NCBI GenBank assembly: GCA_963721765.1
Contig: CAVRJP010000001.1
Coordinates: 1,306,984-1,370,983, forward strand
Source of the DNA: an uncultured Chloroflexia bacterium
GTDB lineage: Bacteria > Chloroflexota > Limnocylindria > Limnocylindrales > CSP1-4
Direction of reading: 5' to 3'
DNA length: 64,000 bases
This document shows positions 8,532-16,266 of this stretch, piece by piece. The notes under the pieces are model-generated. The model was not told the DNA's origin. It saw only the letters and a list, made by a program, of their open reading frames with translations, and searched no databases. A program made the translations under genes and the position numbers. Positions within the stretch are counted from its first letter, which is position 1. Each line of letters starts with the position of its first letter.

Positions 8532-9320
8532 TCAGCGGTCGCCCCCGGAATCGTTCGGTGGAGGCGGGAACCTGACCTCGAGCGACTTCATGAACGACTC
8601 CACGGCGCGCCACAAGAGGAGGGTCGCCACCGCCACGGCGACGAGGAAGACGAGTCCACCGATGACGCCGGCCACGGCGCCGTCTCTCGTCACCAGCATC
8701 GCCAGAACCGCGACGAGCGCAGCGAGGACGGCACAGATGATGACGCTGATCATCGCGGGTGCGGTCGTGAAACCGTGTACGAGATCGCGGAGCGGCGAGG
8801 ATTCTGCCGGGCCGTACGTCGAGACAGTCGACTCGAGGTCGTCGTACCGGCCGGTGATGAAGTAGCCCTCGAGGCCCGGGACCATCGTGTGGTACGCGTT
8901 CCGCATCCGGTTCATGCCCTGCAGGTAGCGAATGTCCTCGTCACCGGCGGCGAGGATTCGGCCAAGCGTCGTCAGGCCGACGAACAGGTCCAGGGCCAGG
9001 AAGATCGCGGCGATGACGAGGAACGCGTCGCTGAATCCGGTCGCGGTCGAGATGAGGCCGAGGACGAGCAGCGTCGCCGACAGGAAGGAGAGGAACATGC
9101 CGGAGCGGGCGAAGGCCTCGTTGTACACGAGCGAGCGAGCGGTCAGCAGGCTCCAGTGCTCGGTCGTGAGGATCTGCAGCGCTCGTGGGTCCTCGAGCGC
9201 ATCGGCCGCCGGCGCGACCGGGGGGACGCCGGTCCCGGCGATCGGTCGAGCCTCGTTCGCGACCGGGGGGACGAACCGTTCTTCCATTCGACCAGCCTCC
9301 TCGTTCGATGGGTCGATCAA
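8532..9320 (-). CDS. Hypothetical integral membrane protein (about 4 TM helices)
   Basis: ORF 8532..9320. Hydrophobic stretches 'GMFLSFLSATLLVLGLISTA', 'FLVIAAIFLALDLFVGLTTL', 'APAMISVIICAVLAALVAVLAML', 'GVIGGLVFLVAVAVATLLLW'. The start overlaps the MoaD-like stop (ATGA). Confidence 0.6.
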   Translation of the reverse strand: MIDPSNEEAGRMEERFVPPVANEARPIAGTGVPPVAPAADALEDPRALQILTTEHWSLLTARSLVYNEAFARSGMFLSFLSATLLVLGLISTATGFSDAFLVIAAIFLALDLFVGLTTLGRILAAGDEDIRYLQGMNRMRNAYHTMVPGLEGYFITGRYDDLESTVSTYGPAESSPLRDLVHGFTTAPAMISVIICAVLAALVAVLAMLVTRDGAVAGVIGGLVFLVAVAVATLLLWRAVESFMKSLEVRFPPPPNDSGGDR

Positions 9321-9580
9321 CCGCCCGAGACGGCCGGGATAACGTGGACGACCGCGTTCGGAGCGACGGGCGAGACCAGCGTGGCCCGCTCACCCTCGAC
9401 GAAGACGTTGATGTGGGTCCGGATGCTCGGCCCCGATTCGAGCAGCCGGTTGCGGATCCCGGGGACCTGGGCATCCAGGTCGGCGATCACCTCGGCCACC
9501 GTGGCGCCACGGGCCTCGATCCGGCGTGGAGCGCCCGGGAAGAGCGCCACCAGCGACCGCGGGAGATGGACCTCGGCCAT
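9317..9580 (-). CDS. MoaD/ThiS-family ubiquitin-like sulfur-carrier protein
   Basis: ORF 9317..9580, 87 aa, ending '...VHVIPAVSGG' (C-terminal Gly-Gly). 'GATVAEVIADLDAQVPGIRNRLL...INVFVEGE' is typical of MoaD-like proteins. Confidence 0.75.
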   Translation of the reverse strand: MAEVHLPRSLVALFPGAPRRIEARGATVAEVIADLDAQVPGIRNRLLESGPSIRTHINVFVEGERATLVSPVAPNAVVHVIPAVSGG

Positions 9581-9610
9581 GGGCTGCCGATCAGCCCGCG
9601 CTGTTCGAGC

Positions 9611-10690
9611 TCAGTCGACGATCGCCGAATCGACCGACCAGATTGCCGGCAGGTTCGACGCGATCAGCCGCCAGCTGCGGCCCTCGTCACGGCTGCCGTA
9701 GAGCTGCCCGGTGCTCGTGCCGAAGTAGACCCCCACGGGATCGAGCCGGTCGACCGCCATCGCCTCGCGCAGGACGGCGAGGTGGGCGTGCTCCGTCGGG
9801 AGCCCGTCGTCGCTCCGGGCCCACGTGTCGCCGCCATCGTTCGTCCGCCAGACCGCGGCGTGCCCCTCGGGCATGAGGCGGCCCTGGTCGGGCTCGGTCA
9901 GCGGGACCGTCCAGACCGTCTTCGGGTCGCGCGGGTGCGCGGCCATCGGGAACCCGAACTGCGAGGGCAGGCCCGACGTGATCTCCTGCCACTGGCGCCC
10001 GCCATCGGCTGACCGGTACACGCCGCAGTGGTTCTGCTGGTACAGGAGCTCGCCGCCGTCGGCCGCCATGACGAGCTTGTGGACGCACTGGCCGAACTCG
10101 GGATCGGGGTTCGGGTCGAAGTCCGCGCGGACGCCCTTGTTCCGCAGCTCCCACGAGGCGCCGCCGTCGCGCGTCTCGAACGCCCCAACGGCGGAGATGC
10201 CGACCCACAGCCGTTGCGAGTCGGCGGGGTGGGGGACGATCGAGTGCAGGCACAGCCCGCCGTTGCCGGGCTGCCACTCCGGTCGGGTCGGGTGGTTGGT
10301 GAGGCCCTCGACGTGCTGCCACGTCGCCCCGCTGTCGCGGCTTCGGAACAGGCCTGCATCCTCGACGCCGGCGTAGATGGCGTCGAGCCCCGCCGTCACG
10401 TTCCAGACCGTCGCGATCTTCGGACCGTCGTCGCCGTACGTCAGACCCTCGCTGGAGTGGCTCCACGACTTGCCCAGGTCGTCGCTCCGCCAGACGGCCG
10501 GGCCGTACCAGTTGCTGCCGCCGCCGGCGTACAGGGCGCCCGAGGCTGGATCGACGATCGCGTCATGAATCGGCCAGCCGTCGCACATCGGCCCGCGCAC
10601 CTGCCAGTCCTGCCGACCGCCGTCGCCGTCGAGCACGAACAAGCCCTTCCGCGTTCCCACCAGCAGCGCGACACGCTCCGACATCACCAC
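9611..10690 (-). CDS. BNR/Asp-box repeat beta-propeller protein (sialidase-fold, function unknown)
   Basis: ORF 9611..10690. Six Asp-box-like motifs (S/T-x-D-x-G-x-S/T-W): 'SDDLGKSW', 'SRDSGATW', 'TRDGGASW', 'SADGGRQW', 'TNDGGDTW', 'SRDEGRSW'. Confidence 0.8.
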   Translation of the reverse strand: MVMSERVALLVGTRKGLFVLDGDGGRQDWQVRGPMCDGWPIHDAIVDPASGALYAGGGSNWYGPAVWRSDDLGKSWSHSSEGLTYGDDGPKIATVWNVTAGLDAIYAGVEDAGLFRSRDSGATWQHVEGLTNHPTRPEWQPGNGGLCLHSIVPHPADSQRLWVGISAVGAFETRDGGASWELRNKGVRADFDPNPDPEFGQCVHKLVMAADGGELLYQQNHCGVYRSADGGRQWQEITSGLPSQFGFPMAAHPRDPKTVWTVPLTEPDQGRLMPEGHAAVWRTNDGGDTWARSDDGLPTEHAHLAVLREAMAVDRLDPVGVYFGTSTGQLYGSRDEGRSWRLIASNLPAIWSVDSAIVD

Positions 10691-10767
10691 TCCTCCGAAG
10701 CCTTTCGCACGCCCGCGGGCGCACGTTCAACGTCTACCCTCAGCCTACCCGACGGAGGCTCGAACCG

Positions 10768-11160
10768 ATGACGCTCGGTCGACTCGACTACCTGTACACG
10801 CCCTCGGGCGACGTGGCGGCCGACCTGCGCTATCTCGTCGATGTCCTCGGTGGCGAGGCGGTCTTCGCGATCGATGACGGCGGTGTCCGCGTGGCGATGG
10901 TCACGCTCGGCGACGGTCCGGCGATCCTGATCACGGACCACCTCGAGGGAGATCGGCCGATCCACCTCTACGGGGTCGACGACCTCGCGGCTGCGACCCT
11001 CGAGCTGGAGGCGCGCGGCTGGCGGCGGGAGCGCTCGGTCGACCTGCCGCCCGGCCCGGCGATCACGTTCCGGACGCCCGGCGGCCTCCGCCTGGCGATT
11101 TATCAGGCGACGCGCCCGTTCGTGGTGGAGTCGTTCAAGGGCCGCCGCGACTTCGGCTGA
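10768..11160 (+). CDS. VOC (glyoxalase/bleomycin-resistance/dioxygenase) family protein
   Basis: ORF 10768..11160, 130 aa. Size and the 'FRTPGGLRLAIYQ' beta-strand pattern fit VOC-like proteins. Weakly supported. Confidence 0.6.
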   Translation: MTLGRLDYLYTPSGDVAADLRYLVDVLGGEAVFAIDDGGVRVAMVTLGDGPAILITDHLEGDRPIHLYGVDDLAAATLELEARGWRRERSVDLPPGPAITFRTPGGLRLAIYQATRPFVVESFKGRRDFG

Positions 11161-11164
11161 CTTC

Positions 11165-12664
11165 GTGGTGCGCGGCGGCGCCCGCCCGATCTGCCCGAAC
11201 GGGCAGGAATGGTGCCCGCGGGTTGACGCCGCGGGTGCACCTTCGGATGCTTCGCTCGATGCTGCCGTGACCGTCAACGCACTGGCTCGCCGGCCGTCGT
11301 TGCCGGCCTGGCGCGCCGGCAGAGCGACCGGCGGCGGGTCCGGCGAAACGAACGCGAGGTCCCGCATCCTCGAGCTGCAGCGGCTCGCCGGCAATCGGGC
11401 CGTGAGCCATGCCCTCGGTGCGTCCTCGGTGCGCGGCCCCGTCGTGCAACGCGAACCGGACCCGGCGAAACCGGACGTCATCTCAGGTGCGGACAAGGCG
11501 CCACCGAAGCGCGTGACGGGCTTCGTCGGGCTCAATCCGCTCGCCCACAAGGAGGCGGCGGGCCTGTCCAAGAAGCTCGGGAACGAGCAGCTGCTCACGT
11601 CGCTCAACAACCCGGCGGCGGAGAAGATCCTCAAGGAGAGCCCGGCCGTCTTCGACTTCGTGGTCGACGAGCTCGGGATCGATCTCGGCGACTTCTCACG
11701 CTGGGACAAAGCGACCGACGTCCTGCTCAACGCCGATCCGCACCTGCGCGAGCAGCTCGCCGACGTCATGCGCTGGTTCAACCGGGCCGAGCGGGGCGAG
11801 ATCATCCTCGAGCGCATGGTCCTGTCCGGCCACAGCAACGGGGTCGAGCTGTGGGGGGAGTACGAGGAGGGCGCCGAGAGCAAGCCCGGGACGATGGTCA
11901 TCGAGCGCGACCTGAGCACACTCGCCACGGTGTTCCCCAAGGCAGCCGGGCAGGTGGAGGACGTCATGTTCTCGGCCTGCTTCTCGATCAACGCCGTCGA
12001 GATCGTCAAGAAGATCTTCCCGAGCCTGAAGACCGTGTGGTCGTACGGCGGGTTCTCGCCGAGCGTCGCCAACGGGTCGATCCAGCACATCCTCACCTGG
12101 TCCACGGCGACCGAGGGTGACAAGACGCTCGGCAAGGGGCTCAAGCGCGGGAGCAACGCGCTCTGGACGAAGGACAAGGGCTACATCGTCGGTGACCCTG
12201 CGGCCGCGGCGGCCGGCCCGCTCTATGCCGAATGCGTCCGCGGCTGGCGCGAGCTCGCGTTTCCGATGTACGAGGGCAGCAAGGAGCTCAACAAGGGGCA
12301 GCTCGACCGGTACTACGAGAAGGTGCAGGAGCTGCTCGCGCATCCCGGCGTTTCCGAGGACCTCAAGAAGAACTCCCGAAATGTCCGCGACGTCGTGCTC
12401 AGGCTCCGCTTCTGGCCCCTCGTCTCGAAGCGGTTCGGGTCCGAGCACGGTGCCCGGCTCCAGCCCGCCTACGACGCGCTCGGACTGACGGCGCCGAAAT
12501 GGGATTCGCTGTCCCGGCCGGCGCTGAAGGCGCACCTGGACGCGGTCGACAAGGCGCTCAAGGACAACGCGGCCGCGGGCGGCCACAAGGACGCCATCGA
12601 GTCGTACCTGCGCAAGGGCCTGTGGCGGCTCGAGCCCGAGATCATCAAGCCCGACTGGATCTGA
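11165..12664 (+). CDS. Hypothetical protein with 'LQRLAGNRAV' leader motif and a C-terminal domain carrying a GHSNG (G-x-S-x-G) motif
   Basis: ORF 11165..12664 (GTG; in-frame GTG 11267 is an alternative start). Balanced amino-acid composition (K, N, Y, F, W present). The antisense ORFs are Arg/Pro junk. See findings. Confidence 0.7.
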   Translation: MVRGGARPICPNGQEWCPRVDAAGAPSDASLDAAVTVNALARRPSLPAWRAGRATGGGSGETNARSRILELQRLAGNRAVSHALGASSVRGPVVQREPDPAKPDVISGADKAPPKRVTGFVGLNPLAHKEAAGLSKKLGNEQLLTSLNNPAAEKILKESPAVFDFVVDELGIDLGDFSRWDKATDVLLNADPHLREQLADVMRWFNRAERGEIILERMVLSGHSNGVELWGEYEEGAESKPGTMVIERDLSTLATVFPKAAGQVEDVMFSACFSINAVEIVKKIFPSLKTVWSYGGFSPSVANGSIQHILTWSTATEGDKTLGKGLKRGSNALWTKDKGYIVGDPAAAAAGPLYAECVRGWRELAFPMYEGSKELNKGQLDRYYEKVQELLAHPGVSEDLKKNSRNVRDVVLRLRFWPLVSKRFGSEHGARLQPAYDALGLTAPKWDSLSRPALKAHLDAVDKALKDNAAAGGHKDAIESYLRKGLWRLEPEIIKPDWI

Positions 12665-12753
12665 CCCTCTGGACCTGACCCTCGCGACGTCGGATGCGCC
12701 GGGCGATCGGGCGTAGATTCGGGCAACGAAACCAGCGCGGAGGGACCCGTCCC

Positions 12754-13497
12754 ATGGCCATCGCCGCCCCGCCGTTCACGGGCTTCAAGCCCGAGGCGAT
12801 CCAGTTCCTCGTCGACCTGACGGAGAACAACGATCGGGCGTGGTTCCAGCCGCGCAAGGCCGAGTACGAGCGCCTGCTCAAGGAGCCGATGGAGGCGATG
12901 ATCGCGGCGCTCGCCGATGAGCTCGCGGCGCGAGGCGTGCCGATGCGCGCAGACCCGAAGCGCTCGCCCTTCCGGATCTACCGCGACACGCGCTTCAGCA
13001 AGGACAAGTCGCCGTACAAGACGGCGCTCGGGGCCTCGTTTCCCTGGCTGGGCGGCGCGGGAGTCCCTGGCGATGGTGCCGCCGGCGAAGGCGAGATGGG
13101 CGGATCTCACGACGAGCGAGCCCACGGCAACGGCGGTTACTTCCACTTCCAGCCGGGCGAGATGTTCGTCGGCGGCGGCGTGTGGCAGATGGACAGGCCC
13201 CGGCTGGACGCGTTCCGCGTCGCGGTCCGCGACGATCCCGAGCGCGTCCGCGAGGCACTCGAGGACAAGCGGTTCGTCGCCTGGTTCGGCGACGTCCGGC
13301 CGCACGACGAGCTGAAGCGCTTCCCGCCGGGCTACCCGCCGGACCACGCGCTCGCGCACATGTTCCGCTGGAAGGACGTGGTGTTCGGGCGCCGGCTGTC
13401 CGACGACGAGGCGCTCTCGCCGCACCTGCCGGTCGTGCTGGCGGAGGGCTACGCGACCGCGATTCCCGTCTTCAGATTCCTCTCGAACCTCGCCTGA
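12754..13497 (+). CDS. DUF2461 (TIGR02453) family protein
   Basis: ORF 12694..13497, start moved to ATG 12754. 'FTGFKPEAIQFLVDLTENNDRAWFQPRKAEYERLL...FRIYRDTRFSKDKSPYKTALGA' matches my memory of the family. Confidence 0.8.
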   Translation: MAIAAPPFTGFKPEAIQFLVDLTENNDRAWFQPRKAEYERLLKEPMEAMIAALADELAARGVPMRADPKRSPFRIYRDTRFSKDKSPYKTALGASFPWLGGAGVPGDGAAGEGEMGGSHDERAHGNGGYFHFQPGEMFVGGGVWQMDRPRLDAFRVAVRDDPERVREALEDKRFVAWFGDVRPHDELKRFPPGYPPDHALAHMFRWKDVVFGRRLSDDEALSPHLPVVLAEGYATAIPVFRFLSNLA

Positions 13498-13603
13498 GCC
13501 CGTTCCTGCTGGGAACCACCAGGAGTGCGCAGCGGCACGGGCGCCTGGATGACCCGTGATCCCTGGTGCTAGCGTCCTGTCGACAGGTCGCTACTGGGAG
13601 ACG

Positions 13604-14041
13604 ATGCGTCGGGTTGCATCCACTCTTGCACTCGCGCTTTTCTTGCTTGGGTGCTCGACGCCCGTCGCGTTGCTGACGGGCGTCGATAGCTGCTATGCAG
13701 GTGCCCAGCATCCGGCGTTTCAGGGTGTGCTGGTCCCTGACCCGGAGTACGGAACGAAGATCGACGGCAAGGGGCCCGTGATGTGGCCTGTGGGCTACAC
13801 CGCTCGCGGAGCCGGGCTCTTCTGGGGCGAGATTGAGGTGCTGGACGAAGCGGGCATGGTCGTAGCCACGACGGGCAAGGCATACTCGATTGCCCCGGCT
13901 CCCATGCCCCGAGGGGAGGCAGGGCGGCTGATGGAGCGTGTCGGGGCCATACCTGCGCCCAATTGCTACAGCCACGACTTCGTCGACTGTAGCTCGCCGA
14001 CGAGTGACCCCGATGCCGAAAGGTATTGCCCTCGGCGATAG
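13604..14041 (+). CDS. Putative lipoprotein, function unknown
   Basis: ORF 13556..14041, start moved to ATG 13604. 'MRRVASTLALALFLLGCS' is a signal peptide plus lipobox-like L-L-G-C. The gene is visibly less GC-rich than its neighbours. Confidence 0.6.
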   Translation: MRRVASTLALALFLLGCSTPVALLTGVDSCYAGAQHPAFQGVLVPDPEYGTKIDGKGPVMWPVGYTARGAGLFWGEIEVLDEAGMVVATTGKAYSIAPAPMPRGEAGRLMERVGAIPAPNCYSHDFVDCSSPTSDPDAERYCPRR

Positions 14042-14056
14042 CTCACCTGACCCGGG

Positions 14057-15109
14057 TCAGCGGACGAACGCCTCGAGGAACGAACGGACGAGCAACCCGA
14101 GGGTCGCGAGGTGGTAGCCGCCTTCCTGGATCACCACGGTTGGGAGGCCAAGATCTCGGAGGCGGCGGCCCGCCTCGGCGTAGCCGTCGACCGTGATCCG
14201 GAGCGGCGAGTTGGGATCGTCCACGGCGGCATCGACCCCGAGCGAGACGACGAGCGAGGTCGAACCGTGGGCGCGGACCGCTTCGGCCAGCCGATCGACG
14301 GCATCGAGCCACGGGCCGTCGCCGGTCTCCGGGGGCAGCGGCACGTTGATCGTCGTGCCAGCGCCCGCTCTCGTGCCGGTCTCGTCCGCGAAGCCGACGA
14401 CGTGCGGGAACCAGCCTGCCCCCGGATCGACGTGCACGGAGCCGTAGAGGACGTCCGCGCGGTCGTAGAAGATCGACGCGGTGCCGTTGCCGTGGTGGGC
14501 ATCCAGATCGACGACGGCGACCCGGTCGTGTCCGGCGTCCCGGAGGGCCTGGGCGGCAACGGCGGCATTGTTGAGGTAGCACGAGCCGCCGTAGGCCGAT
14601 CGAGTGGCGTGGTGGCCCGGGGGCCGGCACAGCCCGTATGCCGCCGCGTCACCCGCGATCACGGCGTCCACGGCCGAGAGCGCGCAGTCGACCGCCGCCC
14701 TCGCCGACGTCCAGGTGTGCGGTCCGACCGGTGTCATCGTGTCGAACGCGAAGCGCCCGGCCCGGGCGTGCACCGCCGCGGGTCGATGCCAGGGCAACCC
14801 GTCCAGCATCGCGTCCGTGGCGAACATGTACGGGACGACGCGGTCCTGGCCGACGAGCTCCGGGATGCCCGAGCGCATCCACTCTCCGTGGACGGTCTCG
14901 AGGTGCCGCAGGAGGTCTGCGTCGTGCACGGCGGCCAGCGCGGCGTCGTCGTGGCGCCGCGCCTCGACGGGCTCGAATCCCGGCCTGCGCAGCGCATCGA
15001 GGATCGCATCGACTCGCTCCGGCAGCTCATCGCCCGGGTCCGGCAGGCCGACCCAGACCTCGCCCTTGGGCTCGTGGCGCTTCGTGTCGGGCGACCAGAC
15101 GACCTGCAC
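14057..15109 (-). CDS. Histone-deacetylase-family enzyme (acetoin utilisation / acetylpolyamine amidohydrolase type)
   Basis: ORF 14057..15268. 'CRPPGHHA', 'VVDLDAHHGNGT', 'EGGY' are HDAC-class zinc-hydrolase signatures. Start set at GTG 15109 ('VQVVWSPD'). ATG 15184 would overlap the divergent gene. Confidence 0.9.
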   Translation of the reverse strand: MQVVWSPDTKRHEPKGEVWVGLPDPGDELPERVDAILDALRRPGFEPVEARRHDDAALAAVHDADLLRHLETVHGEWMRSGIPELVGQDRVVPYMFATDAMLDGLPWHRPAAVHARAGRFAFDTMTPVGPHTWTSARAAVDCALSAVDAVIAGDAAAYGLCRPPGHHATRSAYGGSCYLNNAAVAAQALRDAGHDRVAVVDLDAHHGNGTASIFYDRADVLYGSVHVDPGAGWFPHVVGFADETGTRAGAGTTINVPLPPETGDGPWLDAVDRLAEAVRAHGSTSLVVSLGVDAAVDDPNSPLRITVDGYAEAGRRLRDLGLPTVVIQEGGYHLATLGLLVRSFLEAFVR

Positions 15110-15161
15110 GGCACAACTCTGCCATCCGGCGACATGCCGCTGTGTGCCGTACCGTCGAGGC

Positions 15162-16211
15162 GTGTCGAAACGCGCCGCGGCCATCGACGGTCGGACGCTG
15201 TCCCGGGCCGAGCTCAACCGCGCCCTGCTCGACCGCCAGCTGCTGCTGGAGCGTGCTCCGATCTCCATTCCCGAGGCAGTCGAACAGGTCGGTGGGCTGC
15301 AGACCCAGTACGCACCGTCGGGCTACGTCGGGCTCTGGACGCGCCTCGCATCCTTTGCGCGCGACGACCTCACCCGCGCCCTCGAGGACCACTCGGTCAT
15401 CCAGGCGACGCTCATGCGCACGACGATCCACCTCGTATCGCGACGGGAGTACTGGAGCTTCGCGATGGGCATCCGGCGATCGCAGCGCGAGTGGGCCGCC
15501 CGCTTCGGCACGCTGCCGCCGGAGCGCCAGATGCGCTCGAATGCCGACCGGCTGCGCGACGCCCTGCGCGACGGTCCGAAGACCGTCAAGGAGCTCGGGG
15601 ACTGGGCGAAGGGGTTCATCGGCACGCTGGGCCTGTGGGTGGACCTCGTGCGGGTGCCGCCATCGGGCACCTGGGAGCGCCGCCGAGCCGACCGGCTCGC
15701 CCTCGCCGAGGACTGGGTTGGCCCGATCGACGCCACAGAAGAGGAGGGTCTCGAACACCTCGTCCGGTCCTACCTGCGCGCATTCGGCCCGGCGACGTGG
15801 AAGGACGTCGCCCAGTGGGCGGGCATCAACATCGCGGACGCGAAGCGGGGAGGAGAGCGGCTGGACCCGGTCACCCACCACGACCACGCCGGGAAGGAGC
15901 TCATCGACCTCCCGGACGCATCGATTCCGGCCCCCGACGTGGGGGCGCCGGTGCGTTTCCTGCCGCACTGGGACGCGAACCTGCTCGTCCACGCGCGCCG
16001 CACCGGGATTCTCCCCGAGGCCCACCGGTCACGCGTCTTCTCGACGAAGAACCCCTTCTCGGTCGGCGTCTACCTCGTCGACGGCAGGGCGGTGGGTGCT
16101 TGGTCGTTCGTCGACGGCCGGATCGTGCTCAACGCATTCGAGCCGCTGAAGGCGGCCGATCAACGAGCGGTGGAGCGAGAGCGCGAGGCACTCGAGGCCT
16201 TCCATGCCTGA
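15162..16211 (+). CDS. Winged-helix DNA-binding protein of the YcaQ/DUF1006 family (putative crosslink-repair glycosylase family)
   Basis: In frame of ORF 14604..16211, GTG 15162. 'LNRALLDRQLLLERAPISIPEAVEQVGGLQTQYAPSGYVGLWTRL...HSVIQATLMRTTIHLVSRREYW' matches my memory of the family. Confidence 0.75.
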   Translation: MSKRAAAIDGRTLSRAELNRALLDRQLLLERAPISIPEAVEQVGGLQTQYAPSGYVGLWTRLASFARDDLTRALEDHSVIQATLMRTTIHLVSRREYWSFAMGIRRSQREWAARFGTLPPERQMRSNADRLRDALRDGPKTVKELGDWAKGFIGTLGLWVDLVRVPPSGTWERRRADRLALAEDWVGPIDATEEEGLEHLVRSYLRAFGPATWKDVAQWAGINIADAKRGGERLDPVTHHDHAGKELIDLPDASIPAPDVGAPVRFLPHWDANLLVHARRTGILPEAHRSRVFSTKNPFSVGVYLVDGRAVGAWSFVDGRIVLNAFEPLKAADQRAVEREREALEAFHA

Positions 16212-16266
16212 GCGCAACGCGGCCGCACGTCTCGATCTCGGTCATCCCGATACGATTTCACAACCC

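Noticed and set aside
10684-12177. 497-aa minus-strand ORF spanning the VOC gene and the LQR-motif gene
   Set aside because: Ser/Arg/Pro/Ala-rich with no motifs. It crosses an intergenic gap of the plus-strand genes, whose translations look like real proteins.
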